In this document: positions 10,801-21,147 of the stretch, piece by piece
Numbering within the stretch: the stretch's first letter is position 1
Layout of the letters: each line of letters opens with the position of its first letter
Assembly: GCA_964570175.1 (NCBI GenBank)
Contig: CAZMXG010000016.1
Coordinates: 9,746 to 73,745, forward strand
Reading direction: 5' to 3'
Source of the DNA: an uncultured Heliomicrobium sp.
GTDB lineage: Bacteria > Acidobacteriota > Blastocatellia > RBC074
Length of the DNA stretch: 64,000 nt
Notes under the pieces: model-generated
What the model was told of the DNA's origin: nothing
Databases searched by the model: none
The model's input: only the letters and a program-made list of their open reading frames with translations
Translations under genes and position numbers: made by a program

Positions 10801-11403
10801 CACGCCGCCGGATTCGGGGTTGGTCATGCCTGCGCCATCCACCAGAATTTCTTTGGAACGGCGTGCGCCGCCGGAAATTCCGCCTTCTGCGCCAGCGCCA
10901 TTCGTTACGCCAGGTTGCAAACCAATAAAGGCTTCGATGTTGCGAAGTCCGCCAGCGGAAACCGGCGCATCATTGAAAAGTTTTGGTGAAAAACTGACGC
11001 CGATTTCTGTTGTGGTTGATTGCAGTTGCGGGCCATCGGCAGTCACCGTCACTGAATCGGAAATGTTTCCTGTTTCCAGCTTCGCATCGGCGACGGAACG
11101 GACTCCGACCGAAATGACAATGCCGCTAACGGTCAGCTTTTTGAAGCCCTGGGCTTCAACCATAATTTTGTATTCGCCGACTTCCAAAAGCGGCAACACA
11201 TACAAACCTTCACTGGTGGCCGTCGTTTCGATAGCGCGACCTGATCTTACGTGTGTAGCAGTTACTTTGGCTTTGGCCACAGCACCGCCGTTGGAATCGC
11301 TGATCGTGCCGGTCAACGATCCGCCTGTCACCTGGGCAATGGCCAAGCCGCCTGCCAAAATCAGCAGGCTAAAAAGACATATTGTCTGGCGAATGGTTTT
11401 CAT
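7807..11403 (-). CDS. TonB-dependent outer-membrane receptor with N-terminal carboxypeptidase-regulatory-like domain
   Basis: A signal peptide is followed by a CarboxypepD_reg-like beta-sandwich (GTISDSNGGAVAKAKVTATHV), plug and barrel regions, and a C-terminal aromatic residue (..ARINF). A GAGGTG Shine-Dalgarno precedes the ATG. Confidence 0.85.
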   Translation of the reverse strand: MKTIRQTICLFSLLILAGGLAIAQVTGGSLTGTISDSNGGAVAKAKVTATHVRSGRAIETTATSEGLYVLPLLEVGEYKIMVEAQGFKKLTVSGIVISVGVRSVADAKLETGNISDSVTVTADGPQLQSTTTEIGVSFSPKLFNDAPVSAGGLRNIEAFIGLQPGVTNGAGAEGGISGGARRSKEILVDGAGMTNPESGGVAFNGLPAFDSIGEFRLITNTFAAEYGRTGGGIESFVTKSGGSQFHGSGFDFHTSSALNAASWAGKASSTAANPVFRKTPFHGNNYGGSIGGPIYLPKKIFGPIGGYNEDKTRSFFHFTTDNFRRASATSSFITLPTVKMRQGDFSEYLPSRIIYDPVTRQPFAGNIIPANRFSSVSKNILPLIPLPTNSGIVQNYLQTTSSVNKQDSWSLKINHNITQRHLVSGYFSKQYIGSVVNGPLPSPLLGAGGNAFSPNKPIFARFNYDYIITPTMNLHVSYGITKLRAYFENQSVGQGWPQRLGLKGVQESGTDAFPVVNFAGVYQALADTNGTKTNGSQFNNTDHFAADVSWVKGKFNWKFGVDKRWMRTTGEKLPSGAFDDAGVQGVFNFAANQTALNGGGGDPFASFLLGLVNTSSRTFNGQGISAKFGYNAAYAQTDWRIRPNLTINLGFRYEIPTPRQTDPIGSFTSFDPNITDPRSGLKGALAFLGDCQGCNGQDRFGKIDYSSYGPRAGFAWSIDQKTVMRVGYGMYYAAGNGLMGGFCLRCATGFATVADGVGGLQWDNGFQPTPNFIPPGVVNPSAGNAADDIYYINPKSGTAPRFQNWSIGFQRELPWKFVAEAAYIGNRGTRLSANHFSLNLLDAKYYSLGDLLFKYIDDPAVVAAGYKAPYANFIADWGKSSTTSGATLARALRPYPHINGPIGDEYNPVGSSWYDSLQLKLDRRFGDFFTEVNYTRSKSLTNASGSQTGGDSNNRNPKTDKSLSLNSKDRILELEKSYQYTDYPWIMNVVATYDLPFGKGKKFLNSNKYMDRVIGGWTVSFVGAYSSGALILLNAQTFTYPQWGFAYGRKRVSIIPGKAIQSGIDRQDLDPRKGLAGGVFDRSVSTNWLNNDFYTIPGAFELGNSPTYLNELRNPNLYSDSMGFIKRTRISETVNFEIRAEFFNVFNRTNFGFGGTPFRPATGTLNAQGVFTPVNNFGIPTGPRTGERSGQIMARINF

Positions 11404-11637
11404 TACATCACCTCGTCCTGTTAGATGTTGGGATTGGACTCACGGCAATCGGAAGGATCGCCGCTGTTTATAAAGTGCTTCTTCAGCCCAGCTAGCCAGT
11501 GTAAGCCCCAGCTTTTTCTTGTTTTAATTGCAGAAAGTGTTGTTATTGTGGCGCAGAGAGTAGTCTTCGACTGAAACTGTGTCAAGCCACCATTGTCTGA
11601 CCAAAAGAGAACCTAATCACCAGAAAAACTATGATTG

Positions 11638-13944
11638 TTATCTGATTCGCGCAGAATCTTCCCAGAACCGCCATTTCGCCAATCCGGTTCGTGCCGGAGC
11701 GCCGTCCAGTTGCAACCCAAATGAGTTCGGTTTGGCTTCGAGCAAAGTTTGGTTGCGGAACATAATTTTGGTCATGGTCGCGGCTGAGTACGAGACTTCG
11801 TTCGCTTTGACTCGGGCAAACAGGTACGAAGCATCTGTTTCAAACTCGCCGTACTTCACCTTGCCAAGCGAGTATTGATAGCGCGGTCCAACCTGTTCCC
11901 GCGCCAAATCCATTTCCAGATCAAGCTTGATGCAGATGACGGATTTCTCAGCCCCATCAGTGAACTCCAAGCCGATGGCTTTTCCGGCTTTGTCTACGTC
12001 CAGTAAACGAAACTGCTTTGTCTGAGCGCGAACGTCCTCACCAGCGTCATGAGGGATCAGGACCGTTACGAAGTATTCGTAATCTCCAGCTTTATAAAGG
12101 CTTGAGACAGTCTGATAAATCGAGGTTTCGTCCTGGTAATGGCGCGAAATTGGAAACGTCCCGATCTGTTTGCCGAATGTGTTTTCGGGAAAATGCACCA
12201 ATAGGCGTTTGTTTATGGGCAAAGGGTCTACGTAAATCTTATCTACACCCGTATCGAACGTTTGCTTGTCCTGACTGTGAATCTGTCGCGTATGCCACAG
12301 GTTCGTGAAGGTGAAGTAATCGTTTCTGAGCGCCTTGATGCCATCAACAACGACAAAAAAGTTTTTCTCTTTGACCCAGGTGATGACGCGATCCCATTCG
12401 TAGCCGAGCGCGTCGTCAATGACGCGCGTGCGGCTGACATCCACATCGCGAAACTTCAGGAAATCAATTTTCTGCGTACGCACAGGACGATAGTTGCCAG
12501 AGCCCCGAATAAATTCGTACACGTCCTGCGTTTTGTCGCGTTTGTCTTTGCGAACCACGACGCGGTTGTGGAAGTAATCGGCTCGCCAGGCGCCGTATGG
12601 TCCGCTGGGCAAATCCGGGCGATAGCCTCCGTCGTGAAGCAATACGGAACCGCCACTCATCAATAAAGCAATTGAATTTTCGTCGGCGTGGCCGTGGTGC
12701 ATCTTCTCTTCTTCAACCGAAAGCGTCTGCCGTAGAAAATCACGCCCAAGCCTGCCGCCATCGCCTTCGTCGCGGTAATTCAACAGCATCATTGTGCTGT
12801 CCGGCTGCCAACCGTTGCGGAAAACGACTTTCTTGCCGATCAAATCATCCAGCGCGTCGCCGCTCAAATTTGTCGGAGCCTGCGGCTTGACCGAGTCATC
12901 CGCCCACCGATGTGCATCGGTGAACGCCGAACCTACGCCAGCGCCAATATTCACTTTGGCGAGGTCTGTGATGTTTGAAGCTTTAGCCGAACGCTCTAGC
13001 GCGCGTTTGGTCAATTGCTCCGCCAGAAATTTGTATTGCGGATTGCGGTACACTGCGGCAGCTTTTTCATACACCGGCACGAAGCGTTCCCAGCCGCCGT
13101 TCCAGTGCGCGTCACCAAAATCGGCGATGTTTCCGTGCGGCGTCAGCAACTGGACATAATAATCCAGGTAATACTTGACCATCGGCGATTGCAGCACATC
13201 GTCGCGTTTGGAAACATCGGCATACGAAAACACTGAATACAGCCAAATGCCGTGATAGCCGGTGGCGTCTTCGATTTCCCATTGCTTCATGCTGTCACTG
13301 GCCAGCGTTTCGCCAAGCTGTTTCCACCGCGCGGCATGTGGATGATTGGCCAGCGCTGTTGCGCCGTAAGCCAGACTTTCCGCGCGCAACATCGCCCGGT
13401 TGTGAGCGCCCCATTCCGGAAAGCGGAAAATGAAATCCAGGCTGAAAGCCAGCGCGTCTTCGATTTTGGCTTTGGATTTGGCGTCCAGCACACCGCTTTC
13501 GCGGATACGCATGTACGACCGTGCATACGGGGGCATGATGAAAAAGTTGGAAATAGCCGGAACGCCTTCGGAGTATTCGACACGCTTGGCCTGCATTTCC
13601 TTCGGGTAGATTTCGCGCAAATCGCCGTAGCCCGCCAGAATGTCGCGGGCCTTTTCCGCATACGAACGATCTTTGGTTTCCTGATAAAGGTAGCCAAGCA
13701 AATCCGCCAGATAGATCGGCCCGCCAGGCGAATCGTAGCCCCACAGTTCGTGATGGTTGGGAGCCTTTTTCCAGCGTTCGATGCTCGGTTGATAATCTGC
13801 CCAGCCCGCATCGGCAGCGATTTTGATCCAGTTTAGGTAATCCTTTTTGAGCGTCTGCCCTTTCGAAGAAACAGCAAGCAACAGCAAGCAGGTTGATGAC
13901 AGAAGTAATTTGCGAGAGAAAACGATCAGAGTTTGAAAGTACAT
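11638..13944 (-). CDS. Heparinase II/III-like polysaccharide lyase (secreted)
   Basis: A signal peptide is present. The C-terminal motif HHGHADENSIALLMSGGSVLLHDGGYR matches the Hepar_II_III H.H.D..SF...G..L..D.G..Y pattern. Confidence 0.55.
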   Translation of the reverse strand: MYFQTLIVFSRKLLLSSTCLLLLAVSSKGQTLKKDYLNWIKIAADAGWADYQPSIERWKKAPNHHELWGYDSPGGPIYLADLLGYLYQETKDRSYAEKARDILAGYGDLREIYPKEMQAKRVEYSEGVPAISNFFIMPPYARSYMRIRESGVLDAKSKAKIEDALAFSLDFIFRFPEWGAHNRAMLRAESLAYGATALANHPHAARWKQLGETLASDSMKQWEIEDATGYHGIWLYSVFSYADVSKRDDVLQSPMVKYYLDYYVQLLTPHGNIADFGDAHWNGGWERFVPVYEKAAAVYRNPQYKFLAEQLTKRALERSAKASNITDLAKVNIGAGVGSAFTDAHRWADDSVKPQAPTNLSGDALDDLIGKKVVFRNGWQPDSTMMLLNYRDEGDGGRLGRDFLRQTLSVEEEKMHHGHADENSIALLMSGGSVLLHDGGYRPDLPSGPYGAWRADYFHNRVVVRKDKRDKTQDVYEFIRGSGNYRPVRTQKIDFLKFRDVDVSRTRVIDDALGYEWDRVITWVKEKNFFVVVDGIKALRNDYFTFTNLWHTRQIHSQDKQTFDTGVDKIYVDPLPINKRLLVHFPENTFGKQIGTFPISRHYQDETSIYQTVSSLYKAGDYEYFVTVLIPHDAGEDVRAQTKQFRLLDVDKAGKAIGLEFTDGAEKSVICIKLDLEMDLAREQVGPRYQYSLGKVKYGEFETDASYLFARVKANEVSYSAATMTKIMFRNQTLLEAKPNSFGLQLDGAPARTGLAKWRFWEDSARIR

Positions 13945-13968
13945 GTTGAGACTCAGAGATAAATTTGA

Positions 13969-14036
13969 GTCAGTACCGCGACCGGTAGGGAGCGCCCATC
14001 CTTAATCATTCGCTCCCTACCGGTCGCGGTACTGAC
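13969..14036. repeat. Inverted pair of the 26-nt repeat (gtcagtaccgcgaccggtagggagcg / 16-nt spacer / cgctccctaccggtcgcggtactgac), REP-like hairpin
   Basis: The two arms are perfect 26-nt matches. The element sits between two minus-strand genes and abuts the stop codon at 14037. Confidence 0.75.
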
Positions 14037-15533
14037 TTATCGGGCTAACAACGCTGGTTTCAGCGTCCAGGCTTGCAACTTGGCAAGCTCCATCAGTTTC
14101 GGCGCGTGAAAGCCTTCCGGAAAAATTACCCAGCCCCATAGCGGGGTCGAATCCTCGGCGACATATTGATCAGCAACGAAAAGGCCTTGCCGCAAAGCAA
14201 CGGTCAAATTTCCGTCGTAGCTTCTCCAGCTTTCAATGACAGCGCCAAGCGTCGCCAGGTAATCCTGCGGCGAAAAGCTCTGCGCGCCAATCCAGACTTC
14301 GTCGGGGATTCGCCCGTGCGTCTGAATGAATCGCGCAACATCGCGCACCGTTTCGGAAAACTCGACCAGGCGAACCGTCGTTGGCTTATTGCCGCCAACT
14401 GATGTCGAAAACGTTCTTGCGGGACCATAAAGCAATTTCAGCTTCAGCGGCTGTTTTTTGCCGTCCAGCAACGAAAGATAGGCTTCCGTCAGCAAAGCGA
14501 AACTATCCGCTGCCGATAACGCAAGACCGTTCATCTGCTGAAAGCTGATTTCTTTCTGCACGGATTGCGCGATGGCAACAATCTCTTTTTGCGTGAAGTT
14601 GAAGCCTAGCGCGCGATCTTGGTAAAACTTCATCAGTTCAGCGCAATGAACAAATTGAACGCCCGGCTGTTTTTGCATGAACTGGACGTATTGTTCGAAG
14701 TCGCGGTAATTGCGTTCGATTTCTTCGGCGGTTTGCATTGGCGGCAGCTTCCATTCGCTGCGTGGAGGGTTTGCTCCTCGCCGAAAATTGACGCCATCCC
14801 AGAATTCCCGATGAACGAATTCGCACGGGTGATAAACAATGCTGATCGTTCCGCCGCCGCGTTGCCACAGTTTTTCGGCAGCTTGCTGAAACTTCGTTTG
14901 CGCCGTTGACAGATTGTCCTGCTTGCCCAAATCCATGCGCGTCAAGTTCGAACCCATTTTGAAAACATTCAGCATGCCACCGTAATAAAACGGTTGCTCA
15001 GCGATGCCGACGTGGCTGGAATCGTCCAAATACATCGAAACGCCCATCTTTTTCAGCGCTGGATGACTCTGCGGTCCCCAGGAACTTCCAGGCTGACCGT
15101 AGCAAATTGGTGTCACGCCAAAGATACGTTCGATGTCGCGTACGCCTTGCACTTCGCGGCGATAAAACTCGGCAATGCCATCTTCCCAACCGGCATTTTG
15201 CAGATACACGGCTGGCGTGGGCTGACCGCTATGCAAGTTGGCGTGATAGCCGATCTCGTGTTTTTTCAGCGCAGCGATGACGTCTTTGCGGCCACGCTGT
15301 TCCAACACACGAGCCTTTTCGCCGACGATCTTGAAGGTAGCTTTGACGCCCATCCGCGTCAGCATCTCAGCAATACGCTTCGCGGCGTCATCGCTTTGCG
15401 GCAGGATGTAATCTTCCGTATCGAACCACAGCGTGACGTAAATTGGCGCGGCAGATTGGGAAGCGGCCTGCTTCCCTGCTGACAGAATCCCAACCAGCAG
15501 CACAACCAACAGCAGGAGAGTTCGTCTGTGCAT
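14037..15533 (-). CDS. Secreted polysaccharide deacetylase-like / carbohydrate-active hydrolase (tentative)
   Basis: A signal peptide is present, and [10 protein letters not shown] ... HEIGYH resembles the NodB-type deacetylase motifs TFDDG and HEIGNH. Confidence 0.35.
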   Translation of the reverse strand: MHRRTLLLLVVLLVGILSAGKQAASQSAAPIYVTLWFDTEDYILPQSDDAAKRIAEMLTRMGVKATFKIVGEKARVLEQRGRKDVIAALKKHEIGYHANLHSGQPTPAVYLQNAGWEDGIAEFYRREVQGVRDIERIFGVTPICYGQPGSSWGPQSHPALKKMGVSMYLDDSSHVGIAEQPFYYGGMLNVFKMGSNLTRMDLGKQDNLSTAQTKFQQAAEKLWQRGGGTISIVYHPCEFVHREFWDGVNFRRGANPPRSEWKLPPMQTAEEIERNYRDFEQYVQFMQKQPGVQFVHCAELMKFYQDRALGFNFTQKEIVAIAQSVQKEISFQQMNGLALSAADSFALLTEAYLSLLDGKKQPLKLKLLYGPARTFSTSVGGNKPTTVRLVEFSETVRDVARFIQTHGRIPDEVWIGAQSFSPQDYLATLGAVIESWRSYDGNLTVALRQGLFVADQYVAEDSTPLWGWVIFPEGFHAPKLMELAKLQAWTLKPALLAR

Positions 15534-15656
15534 TTAGCCCTCACTTTTTGGAGTGCTACGCCTTTGGCGTAGCTTTAGAAGTCTTTATCGCCAGAAAAGC
15601 TTTTCTCCCGAAGGACTACCAAAGCTGCGCCAAAGGCGGCAGCACTCCATAGACAG

Positions 15657-16670
15657 TCATCGCCCTAAAAACAGATCGCGGCCCGCCACCAGCGCAGCGA
15701 TCTTGCGGTCGGCGATGGAGCGTTTGTTCATCCAGAAACCACAATCCGGATTGACCCATTTGATTCTCCCTTCACCGACAATTTTTGCGGCGGTTTCAAT
15801 CCTGTTGGCAATTTCTTCCGGCGATTCGACCGTGTTGACCTTGATGTCAATCACGCCAAGGCCAATGCCGATGCGCGGGTCGAGTTCGTCTTTGAAATAT
15901 TGCAATTCGTCGTAGCCGCGAAACGCCATTTCCAGCAGCACGTGGTCGCAATGCAGCCGATTGATAAAGCCAATCAGTTTTTGCCAGGTTCCGCGCTGAA
16001 TGGATTGGCCGCCGTAATTGCCGAAACACATATGAACGCCTTTTTCTTTGGCTTGCGTGGCGGCATCAAGCACAACGTTAATTGCGGCGGCTGCCCATTC
16101 GGCTTCGTCTGCGTGTCCAGTGATATTGGCTTCGTCCACTTGAATCACTTCGCTGTCAATTTCGGCGACTTGCCGCGCTAGTGCCTGTCCAATCGCCAGC
16201 GCCAGATCGGGTAAATTACCGTAATGATGATCCATCAGGGTTTTGCAAAGCATGTGCGGGCCAGTCAGCGTGAATTTCATCGGATGCTTGGTGCAGGCGC
16301 GGGCGCGGCGGTAATCTTCGCCCAGGCTCAGCGTGCCTTCACCGATGACGCCTTCGACCACACCAGCGGGCGCGGCGCGGAAGCCCATGCCTTCCAATTT
16401 GCGAAACTCTTCCACGTCGCTGCGCGTCACACGCGAACGAATGCCGTCCATCGGGCGAATAAAATACTCAATCATTCCATTGGTATCGGGATGATTGACA
16501 TCCCAACGATACAGTTCGCCATCAGCGATGACATCAATGCCTGCCAGTTCCTGAATCTTGAAAACCACCTTGGTTGCGTCAATTAAAGCCTGCTGGCTGG
16601 GCAGCGCAATCAGCCATTCAGGCACCGGGTAAGAACCGACAACAGTAGTGCGTATTGCAGGTGCGGTCAC
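15657..16670 (-). CDS. Cobalamin-independent methionine synthase (MetE C-terminal domain)-like methyltransferase
   Basis: IRTTVVGSYPVPEWL and ...KWVNPDCGF are MetE/UroD-like motifs. I placed the start at GTG 16670 because an AAGGAG Shine-Dalgarno lies 7 nt upstream. The longer ORF from 16886 would run into the repeat. Confidence 0.7.
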   Translation of the reverse strand: MTAPAIRTTVVGSYPVPEWLIALPSQQALIDATKVVFKIQELAGIDVIADGELYRWDVNHPDTNGMIEYFIRPMDGIRSRVTRSDVEEFRKLEGMGFRAAPAGVVEGVIGEGTLSLGEDYRRARACTKHPMKFTLTGPHMLCKTLMDHHYGNLPDLALAIGQALARQVAEIDSEVIQVDEANITGHADEAEWAAAAINVVLDAATQAKEKGVHMCFGNYGGQSIQRGTWQKLIGFINRLHCDHVLLEMAFRGYDELQYFKDELDPRIGIGLGVIDIKVNTVESPEEIANRIETAAKIVGEGRIKWVNPDCGFWMNKRSIADRKIAALVAGRDLFLGR

Positions 16671-16888
16671 GAATTTCTCCTTTTTCCCACCAAGCCACAT
16701 GAAGGAACACGAAGATGGACGCGAAGTCAGCTCTGTTATTCGTGCTGTTTCGTGTGACTTTGTGGACGAATGTATGTCTTGAAAGTGGCGCGAGTATAGC
16801 AACGAGTCCGAGTCATGCAAGCCGCTGGGCAGTCGGGCGAATTTCCCGTAAGATGCGCGCCACATTTCGTACGTATCTTCATTCAAAA

Positions 16889-16970
16889 TCAGTACCGTGA
16901 CCGGTAGGGAGCAAGTACCCGAAAATGCTCAATCCTGACAACCGCGCTCCCTACCGGTCGCGGTACTGAC
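16889..16970. repeat. Inverted pair of the 26-nt repeat family (one arm has a single variant base, ccgTga) with a 32-nt spacer
   Basis: The arms are tcagtaccgtgaccggtagggagc and cgctccctaccggtcgcggtactgac. The pair lies in the divergent intergenic region between the MetE-like gene and the transporter gene. Confidence 0.7.
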
Positions 16971-16989
16971 TCAGATCAAAGGAAACCGA

Positions 16990-18039
16990 ATGGCTGAATC
17001 TTTATCGCCTCTTGGCTTGCTGATGGCGGGATCAACTTCGATCAGCAACGTCGTCAAAGACATCTCTGCAAAAAAGGTCGTTGACCACCACGAACTGTTT
17101 GCCTCTACGTTTTGGATTCGGCTGTTTGCCGGGTTGACGTTTTTGCTGGCGTTGGGCTGGCGCGTGATGAGCGGAAACGCTCCGCACTTTCGCAACGACG
17201 GCGGGGAATACTTTGGAATTGATGGATTACTGCTAGGCCCCTGGGCAACCTACCTGACGTATCTAACGATTGAAGTTTTGCTGGTTGCTGGTTCGACGCT
17301 GCTGTATTTCCGAGCCATGCAGGTGACTCCAATTTCGCTTTGCATGCCGTATATTTCCTTCACGCCAGTCTTTTTGATTGTCACCGGCTGGTATGTGAAC
17401 GGCGAAGGCATTTCGGTTGAAAAAGGCGTTGGCGTGGTGTTGATTTTCGTTGGTTCGATTGCCATGCACCGCTTGCTGTTTTCAAACGGCTGGCTGGAAC
17501 CGATCAAAGCCATCTGGCGCGAACGCGGTTGTTTTTACATGCTGGTGGTTGCCCTGGTAAACGCCATCACCAATCCAATTGATGCCCGGTTGGTGCGTAT
17601 GACTGACGCTTTTGTCCAGGCAGCGGCGTTTGGATTGGGGATGGTCGTCTTTTTCACCGTGTTGCTGCTTGCTAGCAAAGCCGACGCCGGAAAAGTCATT
17701 CGCTCGGTTCCGTTTTGGGTCGTGCTGGCCGGCGTGCTGGAAGCGGTCGCGTTGATCTTCCAGCTGTCTTCGCACAATTACATCGCGGTCGTGTACACCA
17801 TCAGCATCAAACGCGCCGGAATCATTTTGGTGATTTTGCTGGGCTGGCTGGTCTTCAAGGAAAAGAACATCGGCGATAAGCTGATTGCGGCTTCAGTCAT
17901 GCTGGTTGGCGTCCTGATTATCTACTTGCCGATTTCGCTTATGCAGGCGTTGATGATTGCGGCGGTAGCACTTGCTGGAATGATGCTGGCGTTTTATCTG
18001 ACCAGAGAGAAGAAGGAGAAAGCGGTTGAGCTGCCCTGA
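16990..18039 (+). CDS. Polytopic membrane transporter, DMT/EamA-like (tentative)
   Basis: About 10 predicted transmembrane helices. An AAAGGAAA Shine-Dalgarno precedes the ATG. The family assignment rests on topology only. Confidence 0.4.
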   Translation: MAESLSPLGLLMAGSTSISNVVKDISAKKVVDHHELFASTFWIRLFAGLTFLLALGWRVMSGNAPHFRNDGGEYFGIDGLLLGPWATYLTYLTIEVLLVAGSTLLYFRAMQVTPISLCMPYISFTPVFLIVTGWYVNGEGISVEKGVGVVLIFVGSIAMHRLLFSNGWLEPIKAIWRERGCFYMLVVALVNAITNPIDARLVRMTDAFVQAAAFGLGMVVFFTVLLLASKADAGKVIRSVPFWVVLAGVLEAVALIFQLSSHNYIAVVYTISIKRAGIILVILLGWLVFKEKNIGDKLIAASVMLVGVLIIYLPISLMQALMIAAVALAGMMLAFYLTREKKEKAVELP

Positions 18040-18065
18040 AGTAAATGAGCCAGGAGCTTTTTTCT

Positions 18066-18150
18066 TCACCGCAGAGGCGCAGAGAACGCAAAGGCTTCGC
18101 AGAGGTTTTTTCTCCGCGTTGCCTCTGCGGACGTTGCGCCTCTGCGGTGA
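18066..18150. repeat. Imperfect palindromic repeat element built from GCAGAGG/CCTCTGC units
   Basis: The outer arms are tcaccgcagaggcgc ... gcgcctctgcggtga with inner imperfect arms. Both strands give matching pseudo-ORFs through it (FTAEAQR..RLCGE), as expected for a palindrome. Confidence 0.6.
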
Positions 18151-18157
18151 AATTGGT

Positions 18158-19525
<1,368 letters not shown>

Positions 19526-19604
19526 CCTTTCTTTTTTGCCAGCCACGGGAAAATTGATTAAGCTGCCAGCGGCTTTCAAATTCCAAGTTACAACAGGCCT
19601 TACG

Positions 19605-21137
19605 ATGAATTCACCGGTCACTCCAGTCATTCCCAAAGACGCGGCGGCGATGATTTTGCTGCGCGACCCTGACGACCCAAAAGTGTTTTGGGTCAAACGC
19701 GCGCGAACGCTGAAGTTTATGGGGCATTTCCACGCCTTCCCTGGTGGCCAACGAGACTCCGGCGACGCAGAAGTGCCGATTGAAAACGTTCCCAGTTCTG
19801 ATGATGAAATGACCGGCGTCATGCGCGTTGCTGCCATTCGGGAAATTTTTGAAGAAACCGGCGTGCTGATCGCGTGCGGAGTGGAAAAGCTTTCGGCGGA
19901 GCGTCGCGCCCAGTTGCGCGCGGAATTAGCCGCTGACCAAGTCAGTTTCAAGGATTTGCTGGCAAACGAGGGGTTGACGCTGGACGCCAGCCTGCTCCAG
20001 GAAGTTCCGCGCTGGGTGACGCCCGTTCCTTCCCCGCGCCGGTTCGATGCCCGGTTTTTCTCTGCCTGGCTGCCCGAAGGCCAGGAAACGGAAATCATTC
20101 CCGGCGAATTGGAAGAAGGCGAATGGCTGCGTCCGGTTGAAGCGCTGCAAAAATGGATTGACGGTGACTGTTTGATCGTTACTCCGATCACCTCGGCAAT
20201 GCATGCCTTGGCTGAAGGCATTGATGGATTCGCCGAACGAATGCTGAACGTGCCCCAATCCGAACGCGACCACTGGGAAAGCCGAGTTGAATTCCGAAAA
20301 GGATTTTTCCTGTGTTCGTTGCGAACGCCAACGATTCCGCCCGCCACGCATACGAATTGTTACATTGTCGGTGGCGATGAGCTGGTGGTGATTGATCCAG
20401 GTTCGCCTTATCCGGAAGAACAGGCCAAGCTGGACGCCGTCATCGAACGCTTTCTGGCGCACGGCCGCCGAGTCCGCGAAATCATCATCACGCATCTTCA
20501 CCCGGACCACATCGGCGGAGTCGAGCATCTGGTGAAAAAGTTCAATCTGCCGGTGGCGACGCACCGCCTGACTGCCGAGGCAATTCAGGGCGAAGTTCAT
20601 GTGGATCGTTTGATCGAAGACGACGAAGTCATTGAACTGGGCGAACAAGCTTCGGGGTTAACCTGGCGATTGCGCGCAATGTGGACGCCCGGTCACGCGC
20701 GTGGCCATTTGAGCTTTTATGAAGAACGCACCGGCACGTTGATCACCGGGGATTGTGTTGTAGGGTTTGGCACTGTCGTCATCGCTCCGCCCGAAGGAAA
20801 TATGAAAGACTATCTGGATTCGCTGCAGCGGTATCTGGCATTGCCGAAACTGACGGCGTTGATGCCCGGTCACGGACCTGTACTGGCCGACACGCGCGGC
20901 AAAATCGAAGAGTACATTGCTCACCGGCTGGCGCGCGAAGAAATGATCGTCAACGCAATGGCCGCCGGCGCGCGAACTTCGGCGCAAATTGTCCAGTCTG
21001 TTTACACGGACACGCCTGCGGCGATGCATCAATTGGCCGAACTTTCCGTCCGCGCGCATCTGGAAAAATTGGTTGCCGATGGACGTGTCGTCGAAAGCGA
21101 TAACGAATTTGCGCTACATCAAAACGGAATAAAGTAG
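19605..21137 (+). CDS. NUDIX hydrolase / MBL-fold metallo-hydrolase fusion protein
   Basis: The N-terminal carries a NUDIX box (GGQRDSGD...REIFEETGV). The C-terminal carries MBL motifs THLHPDHIGG and ..TPGHARGH. Confidence 0.75.
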   Translation: MNSPVTPVIPKDAAAMILLRDPDDPKVFWVKRARTLKFMGHFHAFPGGQRDSGDAEVPIENVPSSDDEMTGVMRVAAIREIFEETGVLIACGVEKLSAERRAQLRAELAADQVSFKDLLANEGLTLDASLLQEVPRWVTPVPSPRRFDARFFSAWLPEGQETEIIPGELEEGEWLRPVEALQKWIDGDCLIVTPITSAMHALAEGIDGFAERMLNVPQSERDHWESRVEFRKGFFLCSLRTPTIPPATHTNCYIVGGDELVVIDPGSPYPEEQAKLDAVIERFLAHGRRVREIIITHLHPDHIGGVEHLVKKFNLPVATHRLTAEAIQGEVHVDRLIEDDEVIELGEQASGLTWRLRAMWTPGHARGHLSFYEERTGTLITGDCVVGFGTVVIAPPEGNMKDYLDSLQRYLALPKLTALMPGHGPVLADTRGKIEEYIAHRLAREEMIVNAMAAGARTSAQIVQSVYTDTPAAMHQLAELSVRAHLEKLVADGRVVESDNEFALHQNGIK

Positions 21138-21147
21138 ACAGAATTTA

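Noticed and set aside
9775-10989. Two plus-strand ORFs of 197 aa and 203 aa
   Set aside because: They are antisense within the TonB-dependent receptor gene and have no recognisable features.
18026-18157. ATG at 18026 as the start of the porin-like gene
   Set aside because: The first 40 codons would be encoded by a palindromic repeat element that gives a mirror ORF on the other strand. A signal-peptide-like segment begins at TTG 18158 instead.
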